A stretch of 53,079 bases of DNA from Alistipes sp. UBA943 (GCA_002293345.1 DBDB01000010.1:1-53079); one strand, 5' to 3'; shown: positions 30,155 to 40,763, counted from the first letter of the stretch. The notes: a model not told the origin generated them from the sequence alone. A program made the numbers and translations.

Positions 30155-31650
30155 AGAAGGTACTTTTAATGATCCTTGACGGTTGGGGGATTGGCGACGG
30201 TGGTAAAGACGACGTTATTTCGCAGGTGAAACCGCCGTTTCTGACGAAGCTGTGGAACACGTATCCGCACGCAACGTTACGCACGGACGGTGAGTGTGTG
30301 GGACTTCCGGATGGGCAGATGGGTAACTCGGAGGTGGGACACCTGAATATCGGTGCGGGAAGGGTGGTGTACCAGGATCTGGTGAAGATCAACAAGGCCT
30401 GCACGGACGACACGATCCTCGACAACCCCGAGATTAAGAAGGCATTCGAGTATGCTGTCGAGCGTGGTGTGAAGGTGCACCTGATGGGACTTGTGTCGGA
30501 CGGCGGTGTGCATTCGTCACTGGATCATCTGTTGAAACTGACGGACATTTCGTCATGCTACGGCTTGTCGGCCCGAACGTATATCCACTGCTTTATGGAC
30601 GGCCGCGACACGGACCCACGCAGCGGCAAGGGATTCCTGGAGCGTGTCGAGCGGCATGGCAACGCGACGATCGCCACGGTGGTGGGGCGTTACTACGCGA
30701 TGGATCGCGACAAACGTTGGGAGCGCGTGAAGGTGGCGTACGATCTGCTGGTGAATGGGATAGGGGAAGAGAGTAAGCCCCTCGAAGGGGTACAGAAATC
30801 GTATGATGAGGGCATTACGGACGAGTTCATCAAACCGATCGTGTGTGACAGGGGTGGCATGATCGAACCCCACGATTTGGTGATCTTCTTCAATTATAGG
30901 AACGACCGTGCGAAGGAGTTGACGATCGTGTTGACGCAACAGGACATGTCCGAGGAGGGTATGCACACGCTGCCGCTGTACTACTGTACGATGACGCCGT
31001 ACGACGCCACGTTCAAGGGCATGCACGTGCTGTTCGACAAGGAGAATGTCACCGATACGCTGGGCGAATGGATCGCCAAGCAGGGCCTGACGCAGCTTCG
31101 TATTGCCGAGACGGAGAAGTATGCACACGTGACGTTCTTTCTGAACGGCGGCCGCGAGGAGAAGTTCAAGGGCGAGGATCGGATCTTGGTGCCCTCGCCT
31201 AAGGTGGCGACGTATGATCTGCAACCGGAGATGAGTGCCCCCGAGGTGGCCGATAAGCTGGTCGCGGCACTGGACACGCAGCAGTATGACTTTGTGGCGT
31301 TGAACTTCGCGAACGGTGATATGGTGGGACACACGGGTGTATATGAAGCGATCGAGAAGGCGGTCATGGCGGTGGATACGGCGGCGGCGAAGGTTGTCGA
31401 GGCAGCCCTTCGGAATGGTTATGAGGTGGTGCAGATAGCGGATCACGGCAATGCGGATCATGTGTTGAACGCGGACGGTACTCCCAATACGGCACATTCG
31501 TTGAACCCTGTGCCGATCGTCGTGGTATCCGGTCGCGTGAAGGAGGTGCGGGATGGAATTTTGGCTGACGTGGCCCCGACGGTATTGGCGCTGATGGGTG
31601 TGGAGAAACCGGCAGCGATGCAGGGCAGGAACCTCGTGGAATTCAAATAA
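30151..31650 (+). CDS. gpmI: 2,3-BPG-independent phosphoglycerate mutase
   Basis: [44 protein letters not shown]. Confidence 0.97.
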
Positions 31651-31656
31651 ACAGAC

Positions 31657-32421
31657 ATGAAAGTACATTTGATCGAGTACGCTCCCGAGTGGCAGGCATG
31701 GCGAGAGAATCTCGCCCGTGTCGAGCGTGAGCTCGCCACGATGAGCGACGTGTCGCTCATATGCCTGCCCGAGATGGGCTTCACGGGTTACGTTACGCAT
31801 CCCGATGAGATCGCCGCGGTGGCACAGCCGATGGACGGTGAGATTGTCGAGACGATGCGTGCGTGGGCCCGGAAGTATGACAAGGCGATTTGTGGCAGTG
31901 TCGTTATTGAGGATGGCGGCAGGTATTTCAACCGCCTGATCTTCGCCAAGCCCTCGGGTGAGTTGGCGTGGGCGGATAAACACCACCTCTTTTTGGGTGC
32001 CGAGGCGGACAATTTCGCACCCGGAACTATCCGCACAGTGGTGGAGTACGGCGGAGTACGATTTTTGTTGTTGGTATGTTACGACTTGCGGTTTCCTGTG
32101 TGGAGCCGCCGCGTGCCGTGCGTGTCGGGTGGCACGGATATGGATTACGACGCGATTATCTACGTAGCGTCGTGGGCATCGAGTCGCCGCACAGCGTGGC
32201 AGAAATTACTCCCGGCACGTGCCATCGAGAATCAGGCGTACGTATTGGGTGTCAACCGCATAGGTACGGATCCGTATGACGATTACGCGGGAGATTCGGC
32301 TGTGATTGACTTCAAGGGTAACGATCTGGGTGTGACGACAGATTTGGACATGGATGCACTGCACGCATTCCGTGCCAAATTTACGGCGTGGCGCGACGCC
32401 GACCGTTTTGCGATTTTATAA
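31657..32421 (+). CDS. Nitrilase-family amidohydrolase (YafV-like)
   Basis: LPEM, DKHHLF and VCYDLRFP (E-K-C triad); RAIENQAY. Confidence 0.9.
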   Translation: MKVHLIEYAPEWQAWRENLARVERELATMSDVSLICLPEMGFTGYVTHPDEIAAVAQPMDGEIVETMRAWARKYDKAICGSVVIEDGGRYFNRLIFAKPSGELAWADKHHLFLGAEADNFAPGTIRTVVEYGGVRFLLLVCYDLRFPVWSRRVPCVSGGTDMDYDAIIYVASWASSRRTAWQKLLPARAIENQAYVLGVNRIGTDPYDDYAGDSAVIDFKGNDLGVTTDLDMDALHAFRAKFTAWRDADRFAIL

Positions 32422-32422
32422 T

Positions 32423-32631
32423 CTCCTCCCCGCGGCGGGGTATCGTGCCGGCTCCGATGGGCAGCTGCAGGGTCAGAATTCCAGTGGACCTTACTGGTCC
32501 TGTCGGGCGACTTCCGCCACGGATGCGCAAAGGTTGGCCCTCTATTCCACGACGTTCAATGCGGTCACCAGTAGTGTTAGGGACGCTTTCCCCCTGCGTT
32601 GTATAAAGATCTAATGTAGGGCGGGACAAGG
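32423..32631 (+). repeat. Variable cassette copy 2
   Basis: LLPAAGYRAGSDGQLQGQNSSGPYWSCRATSATDAQRLALYSTTFNAVTSSVRDAFPLRCIKI* (stop 32614), then TGTAGGGCGGGACAAGG. Confidence 0.9.
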
Positions 32632-32652
32632 AGGGGCCGCGGAGCGCGCCTT

Positions 32653-32861
32653 CTCCTCCCCGCGCCGGGGTATCGTTATCGAGATAACGGAAATTTATAT
32701 CTTCGAACTTCCGATGGAATTTACTGGGCCTCTCGAGTAAGCACAACGGAACGTGCCCAAAGATTTAATTTCGAGACAATGGCTGTGGATTCTAACAACG
32801 CTCTCCCTTACGTCCATCAAGGCTTCTCCCTCCGTTGTGTAAAGATCTAATGTAGGGCGGG
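32653..32861 (+). repeat. Variable cassette copy 3 (tandem with copy 2)
   Basis: LLPAPGYRYRDNGNLYLRTSDGIYWASRVSTTERAQRFNFETMAVDSNNALPYVHQGFSLRCVKI* (stop 32850), then TGTAGGGCGGG. Confidence 0.9.
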
Positions 32862-32991
32862 TAAAGGTTTTCGCGGCTTCGCCGCGAGCTTTTACAACTT
32901 TTTGCTTGTCCAAAAAGTTGCATCAAAAAGGACACCCCGAAATTTTCACGGCGGGGATTGTGGCGCCGCCGACGAACTAAGATTTTTTTCT

Positions 32992-33144
32992 TATCTTTGC
33001 CGTCAAATATAGCCTAATCGCATCGAACTAACACCTTGAACTGATTTGGCTTTCCCCCTGGGACACGCCTTGGCGTGTGTTTACTTTGTGGGGAAAAGGT
33101 TTGTGTTAGACCTGATGCGAGCATCGTAGATGCGCGCCTTTTTT
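32992..33144 (+). ncRNA. Promoter plus structured RNA leader, copy 1 (unidentified)
   Basis: TATCTTTG; stems TCGCATC/GATGCGA, CTAACAC/GTGTTAG, CTTTCCCC/GGGGAAAAG; GCATCGTAGATGC followed by GCGCCTTTTTT; homologous to 48030-48188. Confidence 0.7.
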
Positions 33145-33188
33145 ATGCGGTTAGGTGGAAAAAATGTAAACTTTAAAACTTAATCGTT

Positions 33189-33467
33189 ATGAGAGAAAAA
33201 GTGAAACGTCAGGTGGACATGATCACCGGAAGGTGGGAAATCGTCGAGGTGCACACGTTACGCGATGGCGTGTGGACACCCTACACCGAGCAAATCGGGC
33301 AGAATATTTCGGGTTTTTCGTTGGCCCGGCTGATCGTTCAAAATCCCAAAACGTCGCACGTCGAAACGGTCGATGGCAATCCGAACGAAATCTTATTTTA
33401 CGACATGGCTTTCGATGAATCAATCGACCAACCCCTCCACCGAAGGGGCAGGTTTATAAGAGTGTAG
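33189..33467 (+). CDS. Small hypothetical protein, lipocalin-like GxW motif
   Basis: ITGRWEIV; AT-rich 5' UTR; follows the structured leader. Confidence 0.55.
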   Translation: MREKVKRQVDMITGRWEIVEVHTLRDGVWTPYTEQIGQNISGFSLARLIVQNPKTSHVETVDGNPNEILFYDMAFDESIDQPLHRRGRFIRV

Positions 33468-33504
33468 GTGCACGAAGCGCCTACACTCTTGTATGGTTGT
33501 GTGG

Positions 33505-35358
33505 CTACTGTACGACGACGAGAGGTGCGTCCGTCGCGACGGTATCACCCTCATGCACAAGGATTTGTACCACCGTACCCGCATAATCGGACGTGATGGA
33601 ATTCTCCATCTTCATGGCTTCGAGCACCACCACCTCGTCATCCGCTTTGATCGCGTCACCCTCCTTGACCGTCACGGCGATGATTTTACCCGGCAGCGGG
33701 GCGGTCACTTTCCGTCTGGAAAGTACGGATGCTCCTTGTGGAGCCTCCGCAGGCGACTTCGTCGCCTCCACCGCCCCGCCGCTTGCTTTGAAGGCTTCGA
33801 TCTTCTGTTTCGTCAGGAAATCCTTCGCCACCTGCGGGAACAGTTCGAGTAGGAGCTGCTCCTTTTCGTCCGCTGCGAGTTTCGCGTCACCTGCCTCGGG
33901 GAGGGTTGGGTTGGGTTGCGTCTGGTACTTCGACGTGTCGTAAGGGGTCTCTTCACGCGATCCGGTGATTTTCAGGCGAAACTCTGGATCCACGGGCACG
34001 GGCGTGCGTCCATATTCACCCTTGACGAGTGCCACGAACTGTGCGGATTTGTTGGTGTAGAACGGGCGTCCCGCCTTCTCGTCCATCGCGCAGTTAACCG
34101 CCTGTGCACCAACGATTTGCGATGTCGGTGTAACGAGAGGCGGAAGCCCTGCCGCGAGACGTACCATCGGGATCAACTCCATCGCACGGGGCAAAATATC
34201 CTCCGCTTTGAGCTGCTGCAACTGTGCCACCATGTTGGTGTACATACCACCCGGGATCTCCGCGTTCTTCACCAGTTCGTTCGGCGGCGGGAATCCGAAA
34301 TATGCTTCGATTGCCTGACACGCCGCCGTGAGGGTGTCGTAATCATCCGTTTGTGCCGCTTTGATGGCACGGTCGAACTCGGCCTCCACCTCTGCCGGGA
34401 GCGTGTCCGTGAGGGGATTGAACGGCTTGGGCTCGGGTTTATCCTCGTTGAACACCGACAGGTTGAGCTCCTTGCGAATCTCACGCAGCTGGGTGTTGAT
34501 ACGCGCCACAGCCTCCATATTCACCCCCGTGTCGATGCCCATCTTCTGACAGAAGATGTAGACCAACTCCACGGCCGGTGCCGAGGGGCCTCCCGCGAAG
34601 TACCAACAGTTCGTGTCGACAATATCGACCCCCGCGGCGATGGCACCGATCACGGAAGCCAGACCATAACCCGGCGTACAGTGCGTATGGAAATCCACGG
34701 GGATATGCAGGTGCTTCTTGAACAGCCGCACGAGACCCATCACGCGTGCCGGAGGGATGAGTCCCGACATATCCTTGATCGTGATCATGTCCGCACCGAG
34801 GGACTCCATTTCGAGCGCTTTTTTCAGGAAATAGTCATCTGTGAAGACCGGTTTGGGCGTCTTTTTACCGAACAGACCGCCCAGAAATCCAACCTTGGGA
34901 TACTTCGGATCGACCGTGTAACACACCGCACAGTCGGCGATACCGCCATATTTCTTCACATATTTGATCGTCGATTTAACGTTGTCGACATCGTTCAGCG
35001 CATCGAAAATACGCATGATACCCAATCCATTCTCCAACGACAGGCGGCAGAAACCCTCGATAATCGAATCGGGATAGGGCGCATAGCCGAACAGGTTGCG
35101 TCCACGCGACAGGGCGGTCAGTTTCGACGCCGTGCCGACATCCTTGTGGATCAATTCGAGGCGATCCCACGGATTTTCGTTCAGATAGCGCATAATCGAA
35201 TCGGGTACGGCACCGCCCCACACCTCCATGGCGTAGAAATGGGCATCTTTATAGAGCGGCAGGCAGCGGTCGACCTGTTGTTGGTTCATGCGTGTGGCGA
35301 AGGATGACTGTTGTCCGTCGCGAAGCGTGAGGTCACGGATTTTCAAGGTTTTACTCAT
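33505..35358 (-). CDS. Biotin-dependent carboxyltransferase (oxaloacetate decarboxylase alpha / pyruvate carboxylase B-like)
   Basis: DLTLRDGQQS, EVWGGA, IKDMSG, HTH, LVTPTSQIVG, biotin motif EAMKMEN. Confidence 0.92.
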   Translation of the reverse strand: MSKTLKIRDLTLRDGQQSSFATRMNQQQVDRCLPLYKDAHFYAMEVWGGAVPDSIMRYLNENPWDRLELIHKDVGTASKLTALSRGRNLFGYAPYPDSIIEGFCRLSLENGLGIMRIFDALNDVDNVKSTIKYVKKYGGIADCAVCYTVDPKYPKVGFLGGLFGKKTPKPVFTDDYFLKKALEMESLGADMITIKDMSGLIPPARVMGLVRLFKKHLHIPVDFHTHCTPGYGLASVIGAIAAGVDIVDTNCWYFAGGPSAPAVELVYIFCQKMGIDTGVNMEAVARINTQLREIRKELNLSVFNEDKPEPKPFNPLTDTLPAEVEAEFDRAIKAAQTDDYDTLTAACQAIEAYFGFPPPNELVKNAEIPGGMYTNMVAQLQQLKAEDILPRAMELIPMVRLAAGLPPLVTPTSQIVGAQAVNCAMDEKAGRPFYTNKSAQFVALVKGEYGRTPVPVDPEFRLKITGSREETPYDTSKYQTQPNPTLPEAGDAKLAADEKEQLLLELFPQVAKDFLTKQKIEAFKASGGAVEATKSPAEAPQGASVLSRRKVTAPLPGKIIAVTVKEGDAIKADDEVVVLEAMKMENSITSDYAGTVVQILVHEGDTVATDAPLVVVQ

Positions 35359-35416
35359 GACGTTAAGGTTTAGTTCAGCCACGAATATAGAAAAAATTAT
35401 TATAATTTTGTACCCC

Positions 35417-36838
35417 ATGAGCCTGACAGCGATTCTGATAACGATATTCGTCTACCTTGCCCTGTTGTTCGCCACGTCGTGGTGGGCCGGACGAAGGGCC
35501 ACGAACCGCACGTTCTTTACCGGTAACCGTGAAAACCCGTGGTGGGTGGCGGCCCTGGCGATGGTCGGGGCGGCGATGTCGGGCGTCACGTTCGTGTCCG
35601 TACCGGGATCTGTGGCTGCGGATTCGTTCTCTTATATGCAGATGGTGGCAGGGTTTGCCGTGGGGCAACTCGTTGTGGCGTATGTGCTTGTGCCACTGTT
35701 CTATAGGTTGCGCGTGACGTCGCTCTATGAATATCTCGGGGGGCGCTTCGGCGACACGACACACCGCACGGGAGCGTGGATCTTCTTCGCCGCCAAGATG
35801 TTGGGGGCGTCATTGCGGGTGCTGTTGGTGTGTACTGTGTTCCAGGCGCTGGTTTTCGATCCGTTGGGGGTATCGTTCGCGGTGAATGCCGGGATCGTGG
35901 TGGGATTGGTGTGGCTATACACACGTCGCGGCGGTGTACGTACCGTCGTCTGGACGGATGTGCTACACACGCTCTGTCTCGTGGCGGCTATCGTGCTGAC
36001 GATCTGTTATTTGCAGCCGTCACTTACAGCGATGGTCGAGGTGGTGCACGAATCGTCGATGTCACGAATTTTCTTTTTCGACGACCCCGCATCGGGACGC
36101 TATTTTTGGAAGATGTTTTTCGGCGGTGTGTTTGTGTTGATCGGCATGACGGGACTGGATCAGGACATGATGCAACGCAATTTGAGTTGCCGAACGCCCC
36201 GTGAATCGCAAATCAATATCGTCATTACGGCTGTGACACAGTCGATCGTGATATTTTTACTGTTGGCCCTCGGGGTACTGCTGTACGACTATGCGGCCCG
36301 GACGGGACTCCCGCTTCCGGCCAAGAGCGACCAGCTGTTTGGCCTTGTGGCAGTCAATGGGGGATTACCGTTAGTGGTTGGAGCAGTGTTCGTTGCGGGG
36401 CTTATATCGAGTACCGCTTCAAGTGCAGGGGCATCGCTGACGGCACTCACAACCTCGTTCACGGTGGATATTTTACGACGTGAAAAATCCACCTCGACAC
36501 GGCGATGGGTACATGTGGCGATGGCGGTGGCGATGGCTGCGGTGGTGGTGGTGTTCGGTGCGTGGGGCGATGAGAGTGTGATCAATCTCGTATTCCGTGT
36601 GGCGGGGTACACCTATGGACCGATCCTGGGTATGTTCACGTTCGGTATTGTGACGCGGCGACGGATCCGTGAGCGATGGTTGCCGGTGGTGGTTGTTGCG
36701 GCACCGGCACTCTCGTGGGTTATGCAACACGTACTGTCACAGCGATTTGGGTACGTCGTCGGTTTCGAGTTGATCGCTTATAATGCGCTCTTCACGATCG
36801 TCGGCATGTGGATCATCAGCAAAAAACAGCACCGATGA
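35417..36838 (+). CDS. Sodium:solute symporter
   Basis: SGVTFVSVPG, SLYEYLGGRFG, VVWTD, GLDQDMMQRNL. Confidence 0.9.
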   Translation: MSLTAILITIFVYLALLFATSWWAGRRATNRTFFTGNRENPWWVAALAMVGAAMSGVTFVSVPGSVAADSFSYMQMVAGFAVGQLVVAYVLVPLFYRLRVTSLYEYLGGRFGDTTHRTGAWIFFAAKMLGASLRVLLVCTVFQALVFDPLGVSFAVNAGIVVGLVWLYTRRGGVRTVVWTDVLHTLCLVAAIVLTICYLQPSLTAMVEVVHESSMSRIFFFDDPASGRYFWKMFFGGVFVLIGMTGLDQDMMQRNLSCRTPRESQINIVITAVTQSIVIFLLLALGVLLYDYAARTGLPLPAKSDQLFGLVAVNGGLPLVVGAVFVAGLISSTASSAGASLTALTTSFTVDILRREKSTSTRRWVHVAMAVAMAAVVVVFGAWGDESVINLVFRVAGYTYGPILGMFTFGIVTRRRIRERWLPVVVVAAPALSWVMQHVLSQRFGYVVGFELIAYNALFTIVGMWIISKKQHR

Positions 36839-37725
36839 AACTTTTCAGAACCATAGCAATGCCGGTCGGCATGTTAATCGGGGCACTGTTGTGTCGTCCC
36901 ATCGTGGCGATGGACACGGCTACCGATGGATGGATCACACCGATGTTGATCTTCGTGATGTTGTTCATTACGTTTTGCCGCATCAAACCGCGCCGTATGC
37001 ACTTCTCATGGCTGTATGCATGGCTTTTGACGGTACAGTTGGCGGTGTGCGGAGTGATCTATTTCGCCTTGGTATGCTATTCGCCGCTGTTAGCTCAAGG
37101 GGCATTGATCTGCGTCCTGACACCCGTGGCGATGGCATCGGTGGTGATCGGCGGCATGCTGGGCGCGAACGTCACCCTGATGGCGACGTACAGCCTCATC
37201 AATAACTTCGTCATCGCCTTCGTGGCACCGGCCGTATTGTCATGGATAGGGGGAGAGGGGATCACGTTTTGGATCGTTTTTGCGAGAGTGGGGCCTATGC
37301 TGATCCTGCCTTTTGTCGCGGCACAGTTGTGTCGTTGGGTGCTGCCCCGCGTGGCACACTGGCTGTCGTGGCACAGCGAATGGTCGTTTTACGTGTGGTT
37401 GGTTTCGTTGGTGGTGATTATCGGACGTACGACGGCTTTTATGATTGATTTACAGGGAGTTAGCATCTGGATGGAACTCGCTTTGGCCGCCGTGGCATTG
37501 GTGATATGTCTGTGTCAATTCCCGTTGGGACGCCACCTCGGACGTCGTTACGATGATCCTGTGGCGGGTGCACAGCTCCTCGGGCAGAAGAACACGATCC
37601 TTGCCATCTGGATGTCGCAATCATTCCTCGATCCCATATCGTCACTCGCCCCGACGGCCTATATCCTGTGGCAAAACAGCGTTAATTCGTGGCAGCTCTA
37701 CCGCTCCGGAAAGAGAAAGACGTAG
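36835..37725 (+). CDS. Membrane transporter (bile acid:sodium symporter-like)
   Basis: Polytopic; GQKNT and YILWQN motifs; ATGA coupling to the upstream gene. Confidence 0.75.
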   Translation: MKLFRTIAMPVGMLIGALLCRPIVAMDTATDGWITPMLIFVMLFITFCRIKPRRMHFSWLYAWLLTVQLAVCGVIYFALVCYSPLLAQGALICVLTPVAMASVVIGGMLGANVTLMATYSLINNFVIAFVAPAVLSWIGGEGITFWIVFARVGPMLILPFVAAQLCRWVLPRVAHWLSWHSEWSFYVWLVSLVVIIGRTTAFMIDLQGVSIWMELALAAVALVICLCQFPLGRHLGRRYDDPVAGAQLLGQKNTILAIWMSQSFLDPISSLAPTAYILWQNSVNSWQLYRSGKRKT

Positions 37726-37750
37726 ATACTCACTCTCTTTGTCTCCTTCT

Positions 37751-37970
37751 TCCGCCCTACATTAGATCTTTATACAACGGAGGGAGAAGCCGTAGGTGAC
37801 GTAATCGGTATTCGTCGCATACGTAGTGCCGGCATTGAAACTGAACCAGCGCGCATACGTCGTAGACGAAGCCGAGAGCATCCAATAGTAGCCGAGGGAA
37901 GTCTGATAGTTCAACTGACCACTGGAGTAGCGACGGTACCCCGCCGCGGGGAGGATGGAGAAGATGGAGG
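37751..37970 (-). repeat. Variable cassette copy 4
   Basis: SILPAAGYRRYSSGQLNYQTSLGYYWMLSASSTTYARWFSFNAGTTYATNTDYVTYGFSLRCIKI* (stop 37762), then TGTAGGGCGGA. Confidence 0.9.
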
Positions 37971-37974
37971 GCGA

Positions 37975-38340
37975 TTATTTTTTGAAGATGAAGAACACCG
38001 CCACGACAAGGAAGAAGAACCCGACGAGATGATTCCACCTGATCGGTTCGGACTTCATGAAGGCCAACATAAAGAGTGTGAAGATGATAAGTGTGATCAC
38101 CTCCTGCATCACTTTAAGTTCCCATAGCGAGAAGGGTCCCCCGAACTGTGCGCTTCCGAGACGGTTGGCCGGCACCATGAAAAAGTACTCGAACAGTGCG
38201 ATGCTCCAACTGAGAAAGATGACCCCGATGAGTCCGACACGCTCGAATTTCGAGCGAAAGGCGATCTGCCCGTACCACGCCAGCGTCATGAAACTATTGG
38301 CACAGACGAGCAACGCCACAGTAGCGATGGCACGTGTCAT
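37975..38340 (-). CDS. DMT family protein (DUF486-like)
   Basis: NSFMTLAWYG, IALFEY..VPANRLG, LKVMQEVITL. Confidence 0.85.
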   Translation of the reverse strand: MTRAIATVALLVCANSFMTLAWYGQIAFRSKFERVGLIGVIFLSWSIALFEYFFMVPANRLGSAQFGGPFSLWELKVMQEVITLIIFTLFMLAFMKSEPIRWNHLVGFFFLVVAVFFIFKK

Positions 38341-38347
38341 GATTGGG

Positions 38348-39373
38348 CTATTTTGAGTGCGTCACTTCGTCGATCCAAGGTTGGTTGTCGAGGTACCACT
38401 GCACGGTTTTCTCGATACCCTCCTCGAACTGTAAGGAGGGCTCCCAACCCAATTCGCATTGGAGTTTCGACGCGTCGATCGCATAGCGCAGATCGTGCCC
38501 CGCACGATCCTCGACATAAGTGATCAGGTGATCACTTGTGCCCTCGGTATGGCCGAGCATGCGATCGACGGTCTTGACGATGACACGGATCAGGTCAATG
38601 TTCGTCCACTCGTTGAATCCACCGATATTGTACGTGTCGCCGACGCGTCCCTCGTGGAAGATCAGGTCGATGGCACGCGCGTGATCCTCGACATACAACC
38701 AGTCGCGTACGTTCTCACCCTTACCGTACACGGGCAATGGTTTTTGCTGACGTATGTTTTTGATAAAGAGCGGGATAAGCTTTTCGGGGAACTGGTATGG
38801 ACCGTAGTTGTTCGAGCAATTCGTCACGACGGTAGGCAATCCGTATGTATCGTGATAGGCACGCACGAAGTGGTCGGAAGATGCCTTGGCAGCGGAGTAG
38901 GGGGAGTGCGGATCGTAACGCGTCTCCTCGGTGAAGAGGGTGTCGTCGAACTGCAGTGTGCCGTACACCTCGTCGGTGGAGATGTGATAAAATCGTTTGT
39001 CTCCTAAGTTGTTACCCCACAGCTCCTTAGCTGCCTGTAACAGCGTGAGGGTACCGAGGACGTTGGTACGTGCGAAGGTGAAGGGATCGGTGATCGACCG
39101 ATCGACATGACTCTCGGCAGCGAGGTGGATCACGCCGTCGATATCATATTTGCGCATCACGTCACGGATCGTGTCGAGGTCACAAATATCGGCCTTTACA
39201 AAGGTGTAGTTGGGTGCATTTTCGATATCGCGAATGTTGGCCAGATGCCCGGCATAGGTTAATTTGTCGAGATTAACGATGTGATAGTCAGGGTATTTCG
39301 TGACGAATAGACGCACGACATGCGACCCGATAAAACCGGCACCTCCGGTTATCAGAATATTTCTTTTAGGCAT
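38348..39373 (-). CDS. rfbB: dTDP-glucose 4,6-dehydratase
   Basis: ITGGAGFIGS, HLAAESHVDRS, HISTDEVYG, YSAAK. Confidence 0.95.
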   Translation of the reverse strand: MPKRNILITGGAGFIGSHVVRLFVTKYPDYHIVNLDKLTYAGHLANIRDIENAPNYTFVKADICDLDTIRDVMRKYDIDGVIHLAAESHVDRSITDPFTFARTNVLGTLTLLQAAKELWGNNLGDKRFYHISTDEVYGTLQFDDTLFTEETRYDPHSPYSAAKASSDHFVRAYHDTYGLPTVVTNCSNNYGPYQFPEKLIPLFIKNIRQQKPLPVYGKGENVRDWLYVEDHARAIDLIFHEGRVGDTYNIGGFNEWTNIDLIRVIVKTVDRMLGHTEGTSDHLITYVEDRAGHDLRYAIDASKLQCELGWEPSLQFEEGIEKTVQWYLDNQPWIDEVTHSK

Positions 39374-40209
39374 TTTTCTAACGATATTGTCCAGTGTGGG
39401 ACGGTGATGTGGAATATATTTTTGATTTTCGATTTGTCGAGTACCGAGAACGCCGGGCGTTCGGCACGCGTGGGATACTCGTCTGATCGACAGGGAGTTA
39501 CGTGACACTTGTGTCCCGCCATGCGGTTGATCTCGTGTGCAAAGTCGTACCACGAGCAAACCCCCTCGTTCGAGAAGTGATACGTGCCTTCGTGACCCGT
39601 AAAGTCCCGATTTTCAATCCGCTCTACGATGAACCGTGCCAGATCGGCGGCATAGGTCGGCGTGCCGATCTGATCGAACACCACACGCAGCGTCTCCTTT
39701 TCGGACGTCAGTCGAAGCATCGTTTTTAGGAAATTCTTCCCATAGGGAGAGTACAGCCATGCCGTTCGGATGACGAGGTGTTTGCACCCCGATGCCCTGA
39801 CAGCCTCCTCGCCGGCGAGTTTCGTTTGTCCGTACGCGCCGAGCGGTGACGTTCTGTCCTCCTCGCGAAGGGGGGTGTTTTGGGCGGTGCCGCCGAAGAC
39901 ATAGTCTGTCGAGACGTGAAACAGCGTGGCATCGACCACTTTGGCGGCATCGGCTAAGTGTTTGACCGCCAGATGGTTGATCTTGTCCGCCAGTTCGGGT
40001 TCATCCTCCGCGGCATCGACATTCGTGTAGGCGGCACAGTTGACGATCGCCCCGATTTGGTGCTCCTCCGTGAAATGTGTCACAGCCTGTGGATCGGAGA
40101 TATCGAGTTCCGCGACATCGGTAAAGTGCCACGTGTGTCGTGACGATGCGGCACACGTGCGGAGTTCCGAGCCAAGTTGTCCGTTGGCGCCTGTGACGAG
40201 AATATTCAT
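39352..40209 (-). CDS. rfbD: dTDP-4-dehydrorhamnose reductase
   Basis: VTGANGQLG, NCAAYTNVD, STDYVF, YGQTKLAGE. Confidence 0.95.
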   Translation of the reverse strand: MNILVTGANGQLGSELRTCAASSRHTWHFTDVAELDISDPQAVTHFTEEHQIGAIVNCAAYTNVDAAEDEPELADKINHLAVKHLADAAKVVDATLFHVSTDYVFGGTAQNTPLREEDRTSPLGAYGQTKLAGEEAVRASGCKHLVIRTAWLYSPYGKNFLKTMLRLTSEKETLRVVFDQIGTPTYAADLARFIVERIENRDFTGHEGTYHFSNEGVCSWYDFAHEINRMAGHKCHVTPCRSDEYPTRAERPAFSVLDKSKIKNIFHITVPHWTISLEKCLKEIF

Positions 40210-40763
40210 AGGTCGAATAATGCTTTAAGTGATACGCCGCAACTGTCTTTGGCTGAGATCGTTAATTCGTCATGCGAAAGGCGCCAGTCGATCGCCAGAT
40301 CGGGATCGTTCCACGCCACGGTCAGTTCGGTTTCGGGTGCGTAGAAATTGTCACATTTGTACTGGAAGATGGCCTCGTCGCTCAGCACCACAAATCCGTG
40401 AGCCATGCCGCGCGGGATGAACAGCTGACGGTGATTTTCGCCCGACAGTTCCACCGCCACATGACGTCCGAACGTGGGCGACCCCTTGCGAATATCCACC
40501 GCCACGTCCAGCACGCGTCCCACAGCGACGCGTACAAGCTTCGCTTGCGCGGCATCATTTCCATCCTTGCCGCGCTGGACGTGGAGGCCGCGCAGCACAC
40601 CGCGACGTGATTTACTCTCGTTATCCTGTACCCACTGCACGGGTCCGACCAAACGCTCGAATTCGCGTTCGGACCAACTCTCGAAAAAGTATCCCCGTTC
40701 GTCCCCGAAAACTTTGGGTTCGAGAATCACTACGCCGGGTATGGCTGTCTCAACTATATTCAT
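40206..40763 (-). CDS. rfbC: dTDP-4-dehydrorhamnose 3,5-epimerase
   Basis: [26 protein letters not shown]. Confidence 0.95.
   Translation of the reverse strand: MNIVETAIPGVVILEPKVFGDERGYFFESWSEREFERLVGPVQWVQDNESKSRRGVLRGLHVQRGKDGNDAAQAKLVRVAVGRVLDVAVDIRKGSPTFGRHVAVELSGENHRQLFIPRGMAHGFVVLSDEAIFQYKCDNFYAPETELTVAWNDPDLAIDWRLSHDELTISAKDSCGVSLKALFDL

Noticed and set aside
30553-31986. 477-aa minus-strand ORF
   Set aside because: Antisense shadow of gpmI and the nitrilase gene.
32354-32614. 86-aa ORF as a real gene carrying cassette 2
   Set aside because: Its start lies out of frame inside the nitrilase gene; similarity to other cassettes begins only at 32423.
32423-32861. Cassette heads and tails as a CRISPR array
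   Set aside because: Only two adjacent units; the intervals are ~170 nt and protein-coding in character; no cas genes are present.
33916-35307. 463-aa plus-strand ORF
   Set aside because: Antisense shadow of the carboxyltransferase.
37762-37977. Stop read-through fusing the DMT gene to cassette 4
   Set aside because: In frame here, but copies 2 and 6 are in the other two frames relative to their upstream genes, so chance explains it.
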